This document shows, in pieces, positions 19,305-28,736 of a DNA stretch of 64,000 bases. A model generated the notes under the pieces. The model worked only from the letters and a program-made list of their open reading frames with translations. It was not told the DNA's origin and searched no databases. The first letter of the stretch is position 1, and the number at the start of each line of letters is the position of its first letter. Origin of the DNA: a bacterium (GTDB lineage Bacteria > Synergistota > GBS-1); assembly GCA_030153785.1 (NCBI GenBank), contig JASKLF010000008.1:23753-87752 (forward strand), in the 5' to 3' direction. Position numbers and translations under genes: made by a program.

Positions 19305-20736
19305 GATTCGACAGCCCCAAAAAGGAGATATCGTCGAAGGGAGAATTGTGCAGGTTAAACCGGAAGAGATAATAGTAGATATAGGAACGAAAACGGAGGG
19401 GGTGATCCCTCAAAGAGAATGGTCGGCGCCATTTATTGTTGAAAAGGATAAAGAGCCAGCGGCAGGAGATAAAGTAAAGGTTTATGTTTTAGACATAGGA
19501 AAAGGAGAAGATGGTTTAATTCGTCTTTCAAGATGGCGTGCTATTTTCGAAGAGGCATGGAATTTCATAAGGGATGCTAAGAATGAGGAGAAGATAATAA
19601 CAGTAAAAGGGCTCAGGAAAGTTAAAGGTGGTTTAATGGTTGACGTTTTTGGAGTGGAAGGATTTATTCCACTATCTCACCTTTCTCTTCCTGACAAACC
19701 TGTGTCTCCTTGGAAATTTAAAGATAAGGACATTCAGGTTAAAATTGTAGAAGCTGACAAGAGAAGAAGAAGAATAATTCTCTCAAGGAGGGCAGTCCTC
19801 GAAGAGGAGGTTCAGAAGGAGAAGGAAAGATTTTTCTCGGAGTTACAGGAAGGAGCTATCGTGGAAGGTAAGGTTAGCGGTATCACAAAATTTGGAGTTT
19901 TTGTTGATTTAGGACCGGTAGAGGGATTAATTCATTTGAGCGAGCTTTCATGGGGTAGAGATGTAAACCCAAGAGATGTGGTGAGGAAAGGGCAAAAAAT
20001 TAAGGCAAAGGTTATAGAATTTAACCCGGAACAGGAGCGCATTTCTTTGAGTTTGAGACAGCTTCAACCTGATCCATGGAGTACAGTTGAAGAAAAGTAT
20101 AGGCTTGGGGAAGTTTACGAGGGTAGGGTGACGCGAATAACTAACTTTGGGGTTTTTGTTGAGCTCGAGCCAGGAGTTGAAGGAGTCATTTTCTTGAGAG
20201 ATTTAGATTGGGATAGGGTAGATAATCCTAGAAAGGTATTAAGGGAGAACCAGAGGATAAAAGTGAAGGTTCTGAGCTTGGACGCTTCTCAGAAAAGAAT
20301 GAGGCTGGGAAGAAAACAACTTTTGGACCCGTGGGATGGCGTTACGGAACTCGTAAGAGAGGGAGATATTATTAAGGTTAAGGTCACAAAAATTGCGGAC
20401 TTTGGTGCTTTTGCGGAGATTAAACCCGGTGTTGAAGGACTTATTCACGTCTCACACTTGGCTAAAGGGAGAGTAAAACATCCCAGTGAGTGTGTCCGAG
20501 AGGGAGACGAAGTAGAAGTAAAGGTTCTTGAGGTAAGACCTGAAAGTAAGAGAATAAGGCTAAGTATAAGGGAGCTCATTCTTGAGAAAGAGAGAGAAGA
20601 AAAGAGAAGGAAAGAGGAGGAAAGGAAAGAACAGGAGGAAAAACTTAAGGAAGATATGAAGGAGATAATAGGTGAGGAACCTACCATAACAATGGGAGAT
20701 ATCATGAATTGGAAGAAACTCCTAAAAAGCAAGTAG
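19261..20736 (+). CDS. rpsA: 30S ribosomal protein S1 (five S1 repeats plus a charged tail)
   Basis: Five recognisable S1/OB repeats (e.g. FGVFVDLG..EGLIHLSEL). ATG at 19261 after a gggggtga SD. Confidence 0.93.
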   Translation: MNVVQINEGTPYPIEIRQPQKGDIVEGRIVQVKPEEIIVDIGTKTEGVIPQREWSAPFIVEKDKEPAAGDKVKVYVLDIGKGEDGLIRLSRWRAIFEEAWNFIRDAKNEEKIITVKGLRKVKGGLMVDVFGVEGFIPLSHLSLPDKPVSPWKFKDKDIQVKIVEADKRRRRIILSRRAVLEEEVQKEKERFFSELQEGAIVEGKVSGITKFGVFVDLGPVEGLIHLSELSWGRDVNPRDVVRKGQKIKAKVIEFNPEQERISLSLRQLQPDPWSTVEEKYRLGEVYEGRVTRITNFGVFVELEPGVEGVIFLRDLDWDRVDNPRKVLRENQRIKVKVLSLDASQKRMRLGRKQLLDPWDGVTELVREGDIIKVKVTKIADFGAFAEIKPGVEGLIHVSHLAKGRVKHPSECVREGDEVEVKVLEVRPESKRIRLSIRELILEKEREEKRRKEEERKEQEEKLKEDMKEIIGEEPTITMGDIMNWKKLLKSK

Positions 20737-21243
20737 GTGATAATGCCTTTGAAGGAAAGGTTCAAATTGAGAATATATGGAGACCCTATACTTCGCAGGA
20801 AGACCGAAGAGATAAAGGAATTTAATGATTCCTTATCTTCCCTCGTAGAGAGAATGATAAAAGTGATGTTTGAAAAAGATGGCATAGGATTAGCTGCCCC
20901 CCAGGTGGGGATTTCCAAAAGAATTGCAGTAGTTCTTAAGGATAATGAGCCAAAGGTTTTAATTAATCCCACTGTTGTGGAAGCTAGCACTGACATGGTT
21001 GAAGAAAAAGAGGGTTGTCTTAGTTTTCCTGAGATTTACGAGGTTATAAAGAGACCTCGGTGGGTTAAAGTTAAAGCTTTCGATCTCGATGGCAAAGAAT
21101 ACCTGATCGAAGGTGAGGGGCTTTTGGCGAGAGCTCTACTTCATGAGATAGATCATTTAGATGGTAAGCTTATAATAGATTATCTCTCGCCAGCGCGTAG
21201 AGCTATTATAAAATCTAAGATGAGGAAGTTGTGGGCAAAGTGA
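20737..21243 (+). CDS. def: Peptide deformylase
   Basis: GIGLAAPQVG, EGCLS and HEIDHLDG. Confidence 0.97.
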   Translation: MIMPLKERFKLRIYGDPILRRKTEEIKEFNDSLSSLVERMIKVMFEKDGIGLAAPQVGISKRIAVVLKDNEPKVLINPTVVEASTDMVEEKEGCLSFPEIYEVIKRPRWVKVKAFDLDGKEYLIEGEGLLARALLHEIDHLDGKLIIDYLSPARRAIIKSKMRKLWAK

Positions 21244-22148
21244 AAATAGTTTTAGCTGGAAGTGGAAAGTTTGGGATACCTTCTTTTGATCGAGTTTGTA
21301 GAGCTTTTGATGTTATAGGAGTTATAACGCAGAAGGATAAGCCTAAAGGGAGAGGCTATAGGTTATCTCCCACACCGGTTGCTATTTGGGCAGAGAACAA
21401 AGGCTTAAGAGTGTGGAAGCTCTCTTCAATAAGGGAGTTTTCTCCCGTAGGAGATCTCCTGTTAATAATAGATTGTGGTTTTATAATTCCCCGTGATATT
21501 ATAGAGGCCTACCCTCAAGGGGTGATAGCTCTTCATCCTTCTCTGCTCCCAAAGTATAGAGGACCGGACCCCATAAGAAGGGTGTTGCTATCTGGGGAGA
21601 CGGAAACGGGGGTAACTACCTTCTTTGTCACTGATAGAGTTGATGCTGGTGATATAATACTTCAGGAAAAAGTTAGAATAGGAGAAAGGTGTTCCTATGG
21701 TGAGCTTTTTAGCATATTGGCAGAAAAAGGTGCCGAGCTTGTGGAAAAGACACTGGACTTGATAAGATTAGGGAATGTCATCAGAAAACCGCAGTCTGAT
21801 GAGGAAGCTACTTATGCTCCTAAACTCCGAAAGGAAGATCGCTTTATAAACTGGAGTCAATCTTCGGTTTACATAGATAGACTTATTAGAGCATTGAGTC
21901 CTGAACCAGGGGCTTTGACAACTTTTAGGGGCAGGCTTTTGAAGGTCTTTGAGTCTGAACCAGTTATAAAAGGATGTAATGGACTTCCAGGAGAGGTTGT
22001 AGATATAAAGGAAGAGGGAATTATGGTCTGTACAGGAGAAGGTGCTCTATTGATTAAAAAGCTTCAGCCTGAGGGTAAAAGGGTAATGTTTGCTACGGAA
22101 TTTTGCTGTGGTTATAAACCTTTAAGGGGTGAGGTTTTAGGAAAATGA
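21231..22148 (+). CDS. fmt: Methionyl-tRNA formyltransferase
   Basis: TQKDKPKGRG, LHPSLLPKYRG, ETGVT, DAGDI and ATYAPKL; follows def. Confidence 0.95.
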   Translation: MGKVKIVLAGSGKFGIPSFDRVCRAFDVIGVITQKDKPKGRGYRLSPTPVAIWAENKGLRVWKLSSIREFSPVGDLLLIIDCGFIIPRDIIEAYPQGVIALHPSLLPKYRGPDPIRRVLLSGETETGVTTFFVTDRVDAGDIILQEKVRIGERCSYGELFSILAEKGAELVEKTLDLIRLGNVIRKPQSDEEATYAPKLRKEDRFINWSQSSVYIDRLIRALSPEPGALTTFRGRLLKVFESEPVIKGCNGLPGEVVDIKEEGIMVCTGEGALLIKKLQPEGKRVMFATEFCCGYKPLRGEVLGK

Positions 22149-22609
22149 AAGCAGAATACATTAACCCGTTTGTTAGCGCTTTTTTTAATGTTTTGAAGCA
22201 AACAACTCAAATTGATGGTAAAAGAGGTCAGTTAACGTTGGGAACGAACTTCCTATCTCCTTATGAAGTAGCTGTTATTATAGGCTTGATAGGAGATTTA
22301 GAGGGTCAGGTGGTTTATACTATGCAAGAAGATGTGGCTAAGAACTTGGCTTCTGCTATGATGATGGGTTTTCCTGTAGAGGAGTTAAACGATCTTGCGA
22401 GAAGTGCTATAAGTGAGTTTGCAAATATGGTTACAGGAAATGCTGTTATACTTCTTGGATCTAAAGGTTTAAAGATTAACATTTCTCCTCCTACTTTGGT
22501 GAAGGGCAAAGATATAGAAATCACGTTTGAGGTTCCTATGCTAAGTATCCCTATTTCTACTCCGCTTGGGGATATGGAAATCGATGTTGCCATTCGAGAG
22601 AAAACCTAA
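22145..22609 (+). CDS. cheX: Chemotaxis phosphatase CheX
   Basis: MKAEYINPFV N-terminus, IGLIGDLEG, SAISEFANMVTG (ExxN motif) and ISPP. Confidence 0.88.
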   Translation: MKAEYINPFVSAFFNVLKQTTQIDGKRGQLTLGTNFLSPYEVAVIIGLIGDLEGQVVYTMQEDVAKNLASAMMMGFPVEELNDLARSAISEFANMVTGNAVILLGSKGLKINISPPTLVKGKDIEITFEVPMLSIPISTPLGDMEIDVAIREKT

Positions 22610-22669
22610 GTTTTAAATGGTGGTTCTAATGTTTAGTTTCTTTTTGATGTCATGGGGGGTGAAGAGGCG

Positions 22670-22876
22670 GTGGCAAGGATTGTTATCGATGGGGAGAGGT
22701 GCAAGAGTTGCGGATTATGCGTTAAGGCCTGTCCACAGCAGCTTATAGTTATCTCGACTAAGCTAAATAGCAAAGGCTATAGACCTGCAATGTTTGTAGA
22801 TGCTGACGGAAAATGTATAGGATGTGCTTTTTGTGCTATTTCTTGTCCTGATGTCGCTATAGAGGTTTACAGGTGA
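22670..22876 (+). CDS. 2x[4Fe-4S] ferredoxin, delta subunit of the 2-oxoacid:ferredoxin oxidoreductase
   Basis: CKSCGLCVKACP and CIGCAFCAISCPD. GTG at 22670 is the likely start. Confidence 0.92.
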   Translation: MARIVIDGERCKSCGLCVKACPQQLIVISTKLNSKGYRPAMFVDADGKCIGCAFCAISCPDVAIEVYR

Positions 22877-22893
22877 AAAGGGGGGATGCCGGT

Positions 22894-23961
22894 ATGGGAG
22901 AAAAGCTTCTCATGAAGGGCAATGAGGTTTTCGCGGAAGCTGCTGTGAGGGCAGGTTGTAGGTATTTCTTTGGGTATCCAATAACGCCTCAAAATGAAAT
23001 TCCGGAATACATGTCTTGGCGTTTGCCTGAAGTGGGTGGAGTTTATCTTCAAGCCGAGAGCGAGGTTGCCGCTATTAATATGGTTTTTGGAGCCGCTGGT
23101 GCGGGAGGCAGAGTTCTAATATCTTCCTCAAGTCCTGGTATAAGTTTAATGCAGGAAGGGATCTCCTATATAGCAGGTGCTGAGTTGCCTTGTGTGATTA
23201 TAAACGTGGTTAGAGGAGGACCAGGGTTGGGAGGTATCTTACCAGCTCAATCGGATTACTTTCAAGCTACTAAGGGAGGAGGGCATGGAGATTATCACCT
23301 TATAGTTCTGGCTCCACATACTCTTCAGGAAGCATTTGATCTTACCATGCTTGCTTTTGAGTTAGCTGATAAATATAGGAACCCTGTAATGGTATATGCT
23401 GATGGTTTCTTGGGGCAAATGATGGAACCTGTTGAGTTAAGAGATCCGATAGATCTCTCTTCCCTTCCTCCAAAGCCTTGGGCTATCACTGGTGCAAAGG
23501 GACGAGAAAGAAATCTTATTAAGAGTTTATATTTAGAGGGAGAGAAGTTAGAGGCTCATAATTTTAAGTTGAAAAAGAAGTACGATGAAATAGCAAAAAA
23601 TGAGGTTAGATACGAACTTTATATGATGGATGACGCAGAAGTTGCGATTTCTGCATACGGGACAAGTGCGAGAATATCTAAAACAGCTATAAAAATACTT
23701 AGGGAGAAGGGATTTAAGATTGGCCTTATAAGGCCAATAACTCTTTTTCCTTTTCCCTACTCCATTTATGAAGAGTTAGCAGATAAACTGAAGTATGTAC
23801 TTGTGGTTGAGATGAGCATGGGGCAGTTTGTCTATGATGTGGATTATGCGCTTAAAAGAAAAGTGCCGGTTGATCTTTTGCCTCATGCTGGAGGTATTGC
23901 TCCCACATATGAGGAGATCGTGTCTCGCGTGATGGAGAAACTTGGGGGGGAGGGGAGTTAA
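22894..23961 (+). CDS. vorB: 2-oxoacid (probably 2-oxoisovalerate):ferredoxin oxidoreductase alpha subunit (VorB-type)
   Basis: [33 protein letters not shown], and RGGPGLG...QSDY...GGGHGD. Confidence 0.88.
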   Translation: MGEKLLMKGNEVFAEAAVRAGCRYFFGYPITPQNEIPEYMSWRLPEVGGVYLQAESEVAAINMVFGAAGAGGRVLISSSSPGISLMQEGISYIAGAELPCVIINVVRGGPGLGGILPAQSDYFQATKGGGHGDYHLIVLAPHTLQEAFDLTMLAFELADKYRNPVMVYADGFLGQMMEPVELRDPIDLSSLPPKPWAITGAKGRERNLIKSLYLEGEKLEAHNFKLKKKYDEIAKNEVRYELYMMDDAEVAISAYGTSARISKTAIKILREKGFKIGLIRPITLFPFPYSIYEELADKLKYVLVVEMSMGQFVYDVDYALKRKVPVDLLPHAGGIAPTYEEIVSRVMEKLGGEGS

Positions 23962-23962
23962 C

Positions 23963-24706
23963 ATGAAACAAGTGTTTGCTCGTCCTAAGAGCATGTTTGA
24001 TAAGCAAATGCACTATTGTCCTGGCTGTGGTCATGGAATTCTTCATAGGATTGTTGCCGAGGTTATAGATGAGCTTGGCATAAGGGAAAGAGCGGTTGGG
24101 GTTGCTCCTGTAGGGTGTTCAGTGTTGATTTACGATTATATAAATTGTGATATGTATGAAGCAGCTCATGGAAGGGCTCCTGCCGTGGCTACGGGGTGTA
24201 AAAGGGTTAATCCTGATTTAATTGTTTTTACTTATCAAGGGGATGGTGACCTTGCTTCAATAGGTATTTCAGAGATAATACATGCAGCAAACAGAGGGGA
24301 AAGAATAACGACTATTTTCGTAAACAATGCAATATACGGTATGACAGGCGGGCAAATGGCCCCTACCACTCTTTTAGGACAGAAGACAACTACTTCTCCC
24401 TTTGGAAGAGCCCCCGATAGGGAAGGTTATCCCATTAAAGTATCGGAGCTTCTGTCCGTTTTAGATGGTTCTGCATATATAGCTCGTGGCTCGCTTTCAT
24501 CTCCTCAAAAGATAATCCAAGTAAAAAGGTACGTCAAAAAGGCTTTTGAGACACAAATTAAGAATATTGGTTTTGCGTTGGTTGAGGTTTTGTCTATGTG
24601 TCCCACTAATTGGGGAATGTCACCGGTTGACGCACAAAAGTGGGTTGCTGAGGAGATGGAGAAGCTCTACCCATTAGGAGAATTTAAGGTTCCAAAGGGA
24701 GAGTGA
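23963..24706 (+). CDS. 2-oxoacid:ferredoxin oxidoreductase beta subunit (TPP-binding)
   Basis: [22 protein letters not shown], the TPP motif GDGD...[11 protein letters not shown], and CPTNW. Confidence 0.92.
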   Translation: MKQVFARPKSMFDKQMHYCPGCGHGILHRIVAEVIDELGIRERAVGVAPVGCSVLIYDYINCDMYEAAHGRAPAVATGCKRVNPDLIVFTYQGDGDLASIGISEIIHAANRGERITTIFVNNAIYGMTGGQMAPTTLLGQKTTTSPFGRAPDREGYPIKVSELLSVLDGSAYIARGSLSSPQKIIQVKRYVKKAFETQIKNIGFALVEVLSMCPTNWGMSPVDAQKWVAEEMEKLYPLGEFKVPKGE

Positions 24707-24712
24707 TTTAAA

Positions 24713-25255
24713 ATGTTTGAAAGCATAATTCTAGCGGGTTTTGGAGGGCAGGGGATACTTTTAGCGGGTAAGTTACTTGCTTTGGCTGGAATGAAAGAAG
24801 GGAAACACGTTACTTGGATTCCCTCTTATGGGCCTGAGATGAGAGGGGGAACCGCAAATTGCACGGTGATAATATCCGATGAACCCATAGGTTCTCCCAT
24901 TGTAACTTTTCCAAAAGTTTTGTTCGCCTTTAATCAGCCTTCTTTAGAAAAGTTTCTTCCGAAGCTTTTGCCAGGAGGAATGCTTATCTACGATAGCTCT
25001 TTGGTCAACTACGACGGTAGCAGGGAAGACATAGAGGTAGTGGGAATTCCAGCGACCAAGGATTCTGTTGAACTTGGTGACCGAAGAGTGGCTAATCTAA
25101 TCATGGTTGGAGCTTATATTTCTAAGAGGGGTTTCCCAAGTGAAACTGCTTTTCTCTCGGCATTAAAAGAGGCTTTAGGAGATAAAAAAGCTTCCATGCT
25201 AGAAATTAACGAAAAGGCTTTCAGGAAGGGATTGCAGTATGGAAAAAACACTTAA
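24713..25255 (+). CDS. 2-oxoacid:ferredoxin oxidoreductase gamma subunit
   Basis: AGFGGQG, SYGPEMRGGTA, ANLIMVGA and NEKAFRKG. Confidence 0.92.
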   Translation: MFESIILAGFGGQGILLAGKLLALAGMKEGKHVTWIPSYGPEMRGGTANCTVIISDEPIGSPIVTFPKVLFAFNQPSLEKFLPKLLPGGMLIYDSSLVNYDGSREDIEVVGIPATKDSVELGDRRVANLIMVGAYISKRGFPSETAFLSALKEALGDKKASMLEINEKAFRKGLQYGKNT

Positions 25256-25775
25256 TAGGATGCTAATATATGCAGGAAAGGTGTTAAATTTAAGGGTAGA
25301 CGAGGTCATTTTAGAAGATGGTAAAAAAGCCAAAAGAGAGGTAGTGGAGCATAAAGGGGCTGCTGTGATCATACCTGTTTTGGATGATGGTAAGATTGTT
25401 ACAGTTAGGCAATATAGATATCCTGTTGGAGAGGAATTAATAGAGTTGCCGGCAGGGACTTTGGAGAAGGAAGAAGCTCCGATTGATGCTGCTAAACGGG
25501 AGCTTTTAGAAGAGACGGGTTACATGGCTAAAGATGTGCAAGAGCTCGCTTGTTTTTACTCTAGTCCCGGCTTTTGTAATGAGAAGATGCATCTCTTTTT
25601 GGCAACCAATTTGGTTGAAGGAGCACAAAAGCTTGAAAGCGATGAAAAGGTTCAAGTTGAAGTATATTCTGTAGATGAGCTGAAGGAGATGATTAGAAAG
25701 GGGGAAATAAAGGACGCTAAAACGATAGCAGGTATTCTTTATTATCTTCTTTTATGGAATGAAAGAACTTCTTAA
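25239..25775 (+). CDS. nudF: NUDIX hydrolase, ADP-ribose pyrophosphatase
   Basis: REVVEH, QYRYP, the Nudix box ELPAG...AAKRELLEETG, SPG and DAKT. Confidence 0.9.
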   Translation: MEKTLNRMLIYAGKVLNLRVDEVILEDGKKAKREVVEHKGAAVIIPVLDDGKIVTVRQYRYPVGEELIELPAGTLEKEEAPIDAAKRELLEETGYMAKDVQELACFYSSPGFCNEKMHLFLATNLVEGAQKLESDEKVQVEVYSVDELKEMIRKGEIKDAKTIAGILYYLLLWNERTS

Positions 25776-26637
25776 CGAATTTAAAGGTTTTCTTGTAAGC
25801 GAGAGAGGAGTCTCTCAAGGCACCGTTAATTCCTATACAACGGATGTTGTAAGCTTCCTTGAGTATATGGAACAAGGTGGAGTTAGTGATGTTGAGGAAG
25901 CCCTTAAGGATTACATAGCTCATTTAAGAGTTATAGGTGCTAAAGAGTCTACAATCTTGCGGAAACTTGCTTCTATAAAAGCTTTTCTTGAGTTTTTGGT
26001 GACCCTGGATCCTCAAAAGTATGGTGGGGGATCCAGGGTACCTTCTATTTCTCTTAAAAAACAATTGCCTCTTTTTCTTTCTCATGGAGAAATTGTAAAG
26101 TTCCTTGAATCTATTCCTACCCAAGACTTAATAGGAATTAGAGACAGGGCTATATTTGAGTTGCTTTACGCTTCTGGGCTAAGGATATCTGAGCTTGTCA
26201 ATCTTAAAGTTAGTGACCTAAACTTTAAAGAAGGGGTTCTGAAATGTATAGGAAAAGGCGCTAAGGAGAGAATGGTTCCTGTGGGCAAGGATGCTCTTTA
26301 TTGGATAGAAAAGTACCTAAATGAGGTTAGGCCTAAGCTGATCCAAGGAAAGAAAGATTTAGGTTTTTTGTTTTTGAGCAAGCGAGGAGGTAAAATATTA
26401 AGAGAAACTGTATGGCATAGATTTAAACTTTATATTTCGAAGGCTGGTCTAAGCACGAAATATACGGTTCATTCTTTGAGACATACGTTTGCTACCCATT
26501 TGCTTGAGGGAGGGGCTGATTTAAGAACCCTTCAGGAAATGTTAGGTCATGCTAGCCTTACAACTACACAGGTATATACTCACGTAGATTTGGAAAGATT
26601 AAAAGAGGTATATAAAAAGAGCCATCCAAGGGCATAG
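25759..26637 (+). CDS. xerD: Site-specific tyrosine recombinase XerD
   Basis: RDRAIFELLYASGLRISEL, GKGAKER, HSLRHTFATHLLEGGADLR, LGHASLTTTQVYTHV and a terminal HPRA. The context is nudF-xerD-punA. Confidence 0.92.
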   Translation: MKELLNEFKGFLVSERGVSQGTVNSYTTDVVSFLEYMEQGGVSDVEEALKDYIAHLRVIGAKESTILRKLASIKAFLEFLVTLDPQKYGGGSRVPSISLKKQLPLFLSHGEIVKFLESIPTQDLIGIRDRAIFELLYASGLRISELVNLKVSDLNFKEGVLKCIGKGAKERMVPVGKDALYWIEKYLNEVRPKLIQGKKDLGFLFLSKRGGKILRETVWHRFKLYISKAGLSTKYTVHSLRHTFATHLLEGGADLRTLQEMLGHASLTTTQVYTHVDLERLKEVYKKSHPRA

Positions 26638-26643
26638 GAGAGG

Positions 26644-27447
26644 ATGGATATGGGTTTGTTGAAGAAGGTAGAAGAGTGTGTGGAATTTCTCAGAACAAGA
26701 TTTAAGAACAAAAGTCCGTATATAGGGATAGTTTTGGGTAGCGGGCTTGGTAGTACTGCTGAAGAATTGGGAGCTACGGGATTCATCCTTTACAAGGATA
26801 TTCCTAATTTTCCTTTGACAACGGTGCCAGGGCATGATGGCAAACTTTGGATAGGGGAAAGGAACGAGAAGACGTTTATAGTTTTACAGGGAAGAGTTCA
26901 TTTTTATGAAGGTTATACGATGGAAGAAGTTACTTTTCCCATAAGAGTTTTGGCCTTATGGGGTGTAAAGATTTTAATAGTTACTGCTTCAGTCGGAGGG
27001 ATAGCGGAAGGAGTGAAACCCGGCGAATTACTTTTGCTCAAGGATCATATAAATTTGATGGGAGATAATCCTCTGAGAGGTAGTGAGGCTGTCAGCTTTG
27101 GCGATAGATTTGTAAACATGAAGAATGCATACGATTTTGAGCTTAGGGAGCTTGTTAAGACCAAGTTTGGTCTGAGGGAAGCTGTATATGCTGCTCTTTC
27201 AGGCCCTTCTTATGAGACTCCTGCGGAAATAAAAGCGCTTAGGTTACTTGGAGCAGATGTGGTTGGGATGTCTGTGGTTCCCGAAGTTATCGTCGCTCGG
27301 CAAATGGGACTGAGGGTTTTGGGTATTGTAGGTGTTGCTAACTTGGCGGGAGAAGATATTGTTACACACCAAGAAGTTTTAAAAGCGATGAGCAAGTGTA
27401 AAGAGCGATTGAGGGAGGTAATATCTTTTTGTTTAGGTGAGCTATGA
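26644..27447 (+). CDS. punA: Purine nucleoside phosphorylase I (trimeric type)
   Basis: VLGSGLG, TVPGHDG, QGRVHFYEG, GPSYETPAE and VGMS. Confidence 0.93.
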   Translation: MDMGLLKKVEECVEFLRTRFKNKSPYIGIVLGSGLGSTAEELGATGFILYKDIPNFPLTTVPGHDGKLWIGERNEKTFIVLQGRVHFYEGYTMEEVTFPIRVLALWGVKILIVTASVGGIAEGVKPGELLLLKDHINLMGDNPLRGSEAVSFGDRFVNMKNAYDFELRELVKTKFGLREAVYAALSGPSYETPAEIKALRLLGADVVGMSVVPEVIVARQMGLRVLGIVGVANLAGEDIVTHQEVLKAMSKCKERLREVISFCLGEL

Positions 27448-28736
27448 TGATACCTTCTGAGATTATTCGCAAAAAAAGGGATGGTTTAGAGCTTGCGAGG
27501 GAAGAAATCGTTGGTTTTGTTGATGGCTTCCTTCGTGGTGAAGTAGCGGACTATCAAATTGCAGCTTTTTGTATGGCTGTTTACTTTAGGGGAATGACGC
27601 TTGATGAGACAAGGGCATTGACAGAAGCTATTGCTTGGTCTGGTAAGTGCTTGAATTTGAAATGCATTAAGGAGCCCAAGCTTGATAAACATAGTACGGG
27701 CGGCGTTGGGGACAAGACGAGCTTAGTTTTGGTACCTTTGATGGTTTCTTGTGGTTTTCTCTTTCCAAAACTTTCAGGGCGAGGGCTTGGTTATAGTGGA
27801 GGAACCATTGATAAGATAGAATCGATACCCGGTTTCAGGACTAGCTTGTCTGTTAGGGAAATCAAAAGAAACTTGGAGAGCGTGGGAGGAGTTATAGCAG
27901 GGCAAAGCCCAGAGTTAGCTCCTGCCGATAAAAAGATTTATGCCTTGAGAGATGTTACGGCTACCGTGGAATCTATACCTCTTATTGTTTCAAGTATTAT
28001 TGGTAAGAAACTTGCTTCTGGAACGGATGTATGGGTGTTCGATGTTAAGGTGGGGAAGGGAGCGTTTATGAAGGAAATAGACGAGGCTAGAAAGCTTGCT
28101 CAAACTTTGGTTACACTATCGCAGCAGTTTGGTAAGAAAGCAAGTGCTTTCATAACAGATATGAATCAGCCGCTGGGTAATAGTGTGGGGAACTCTCTCG
28201 AGGTTGAAGAAGCTATTTATACGTTGAAGGGAGAAGGGCCTTCAGATTTGAAAGAAGTGGTTTTGTCCTTAGGAGTCGCTTTAAGTGAACTTGCGGGAAG
28301 ACCACTGAGTAAAAGTGTTTTAAGAAAGAAGCTTGAAAGCGGAGAGGCACTTGACGTGTTCGTAAAGATAGTTGAAGCCCAGGGAGGAGACCCCCGTGTT
28401 GTAGAGGATACCAGACTTATGCCTTATGCTACATATGTTCGAATAGTAGAAGCTGAGAGAGAAGGTCATATTTCCTCGCTTGATGCGGAAAAGATTGGGT
28501 TGGCAGTTCTTTTTCTTGGCGGGGGTAGGCGTAGAAAAGAAGAAGAGATAGATAGAGGTGTTGGTATTAAGCTGTTTAAGAAAGAAGGGGATCGCGTCTA
28601 CAAGGGAGAACCTTTAGCGGAAATTTGGTATTCTTCTGAAACTGATCTGGAACGTGCCTTTGGACTTGTTAAAAGTGCTTATGAAATATCGGAGGAATTT
28701 AAAGGTAGAAGGACGCTTATATATGAAAGAATATAG
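27444..28736 (+). CDS. pdp: Pyrimidine-nucleoside (thymidine) phosphorylase
   Basis: KKRDG, DKHSTGGVGDK, KLSGRGLG..GGTIDK, LRDVTATV and DVKVGKGAFM. Confidence 0.95.
   Translation: MMIPSEIIRKKRDGLELAREEIVGFVDGFLRGEVADYQIAAFCMAVYFRGMTLDETRALTEAIAWSGKCLNLKCIKEPKLDKHSTGGVGDKTSLVLVPLMVSCGFLFPKLSGRGLGYSGGTIDKIESIPGFRTSLSVREIKRNLESVGGVIAGQSPELAPADKKIYALRDVTATVESIPLIVSSIIGKKLASGTDVWVFDVKVGKGAFMKEIDEARKLAQTLVTLSQQFGKKASAFITDMNQPLGNSVGNSLEVEEAIYTLKGEGPSDLKEVVLSLGVALSELAGRPLSKSVLRKKLESGEALDVFVKIVEAQGGDPRVVEDTRLMPYATYVRIVEAEREGHISSLDAEKIGLAVLFLGGGRRRKEEEIDRGVGIKLFKKEGDRVYKGEPLAEIWYSSETDLERAFGLVKSAYEISEEFKGRRTLIYERI

Noticed and set aside
20575..20670. Purine-rich low-complexity run that looks like a repeat
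   Set aside because: It encodes the Glu/Lys/Arg-rich tail of ribosomal protein S1 and is not a DNA repeat element.
25759..26637. Tyrosine recombinase as a possible prophage or island integrase
   Set aside because: It has XerD signatures and the housekeeping nudF-xerD-punA context, with no att repeats, tRNA or cargo genes nearby.
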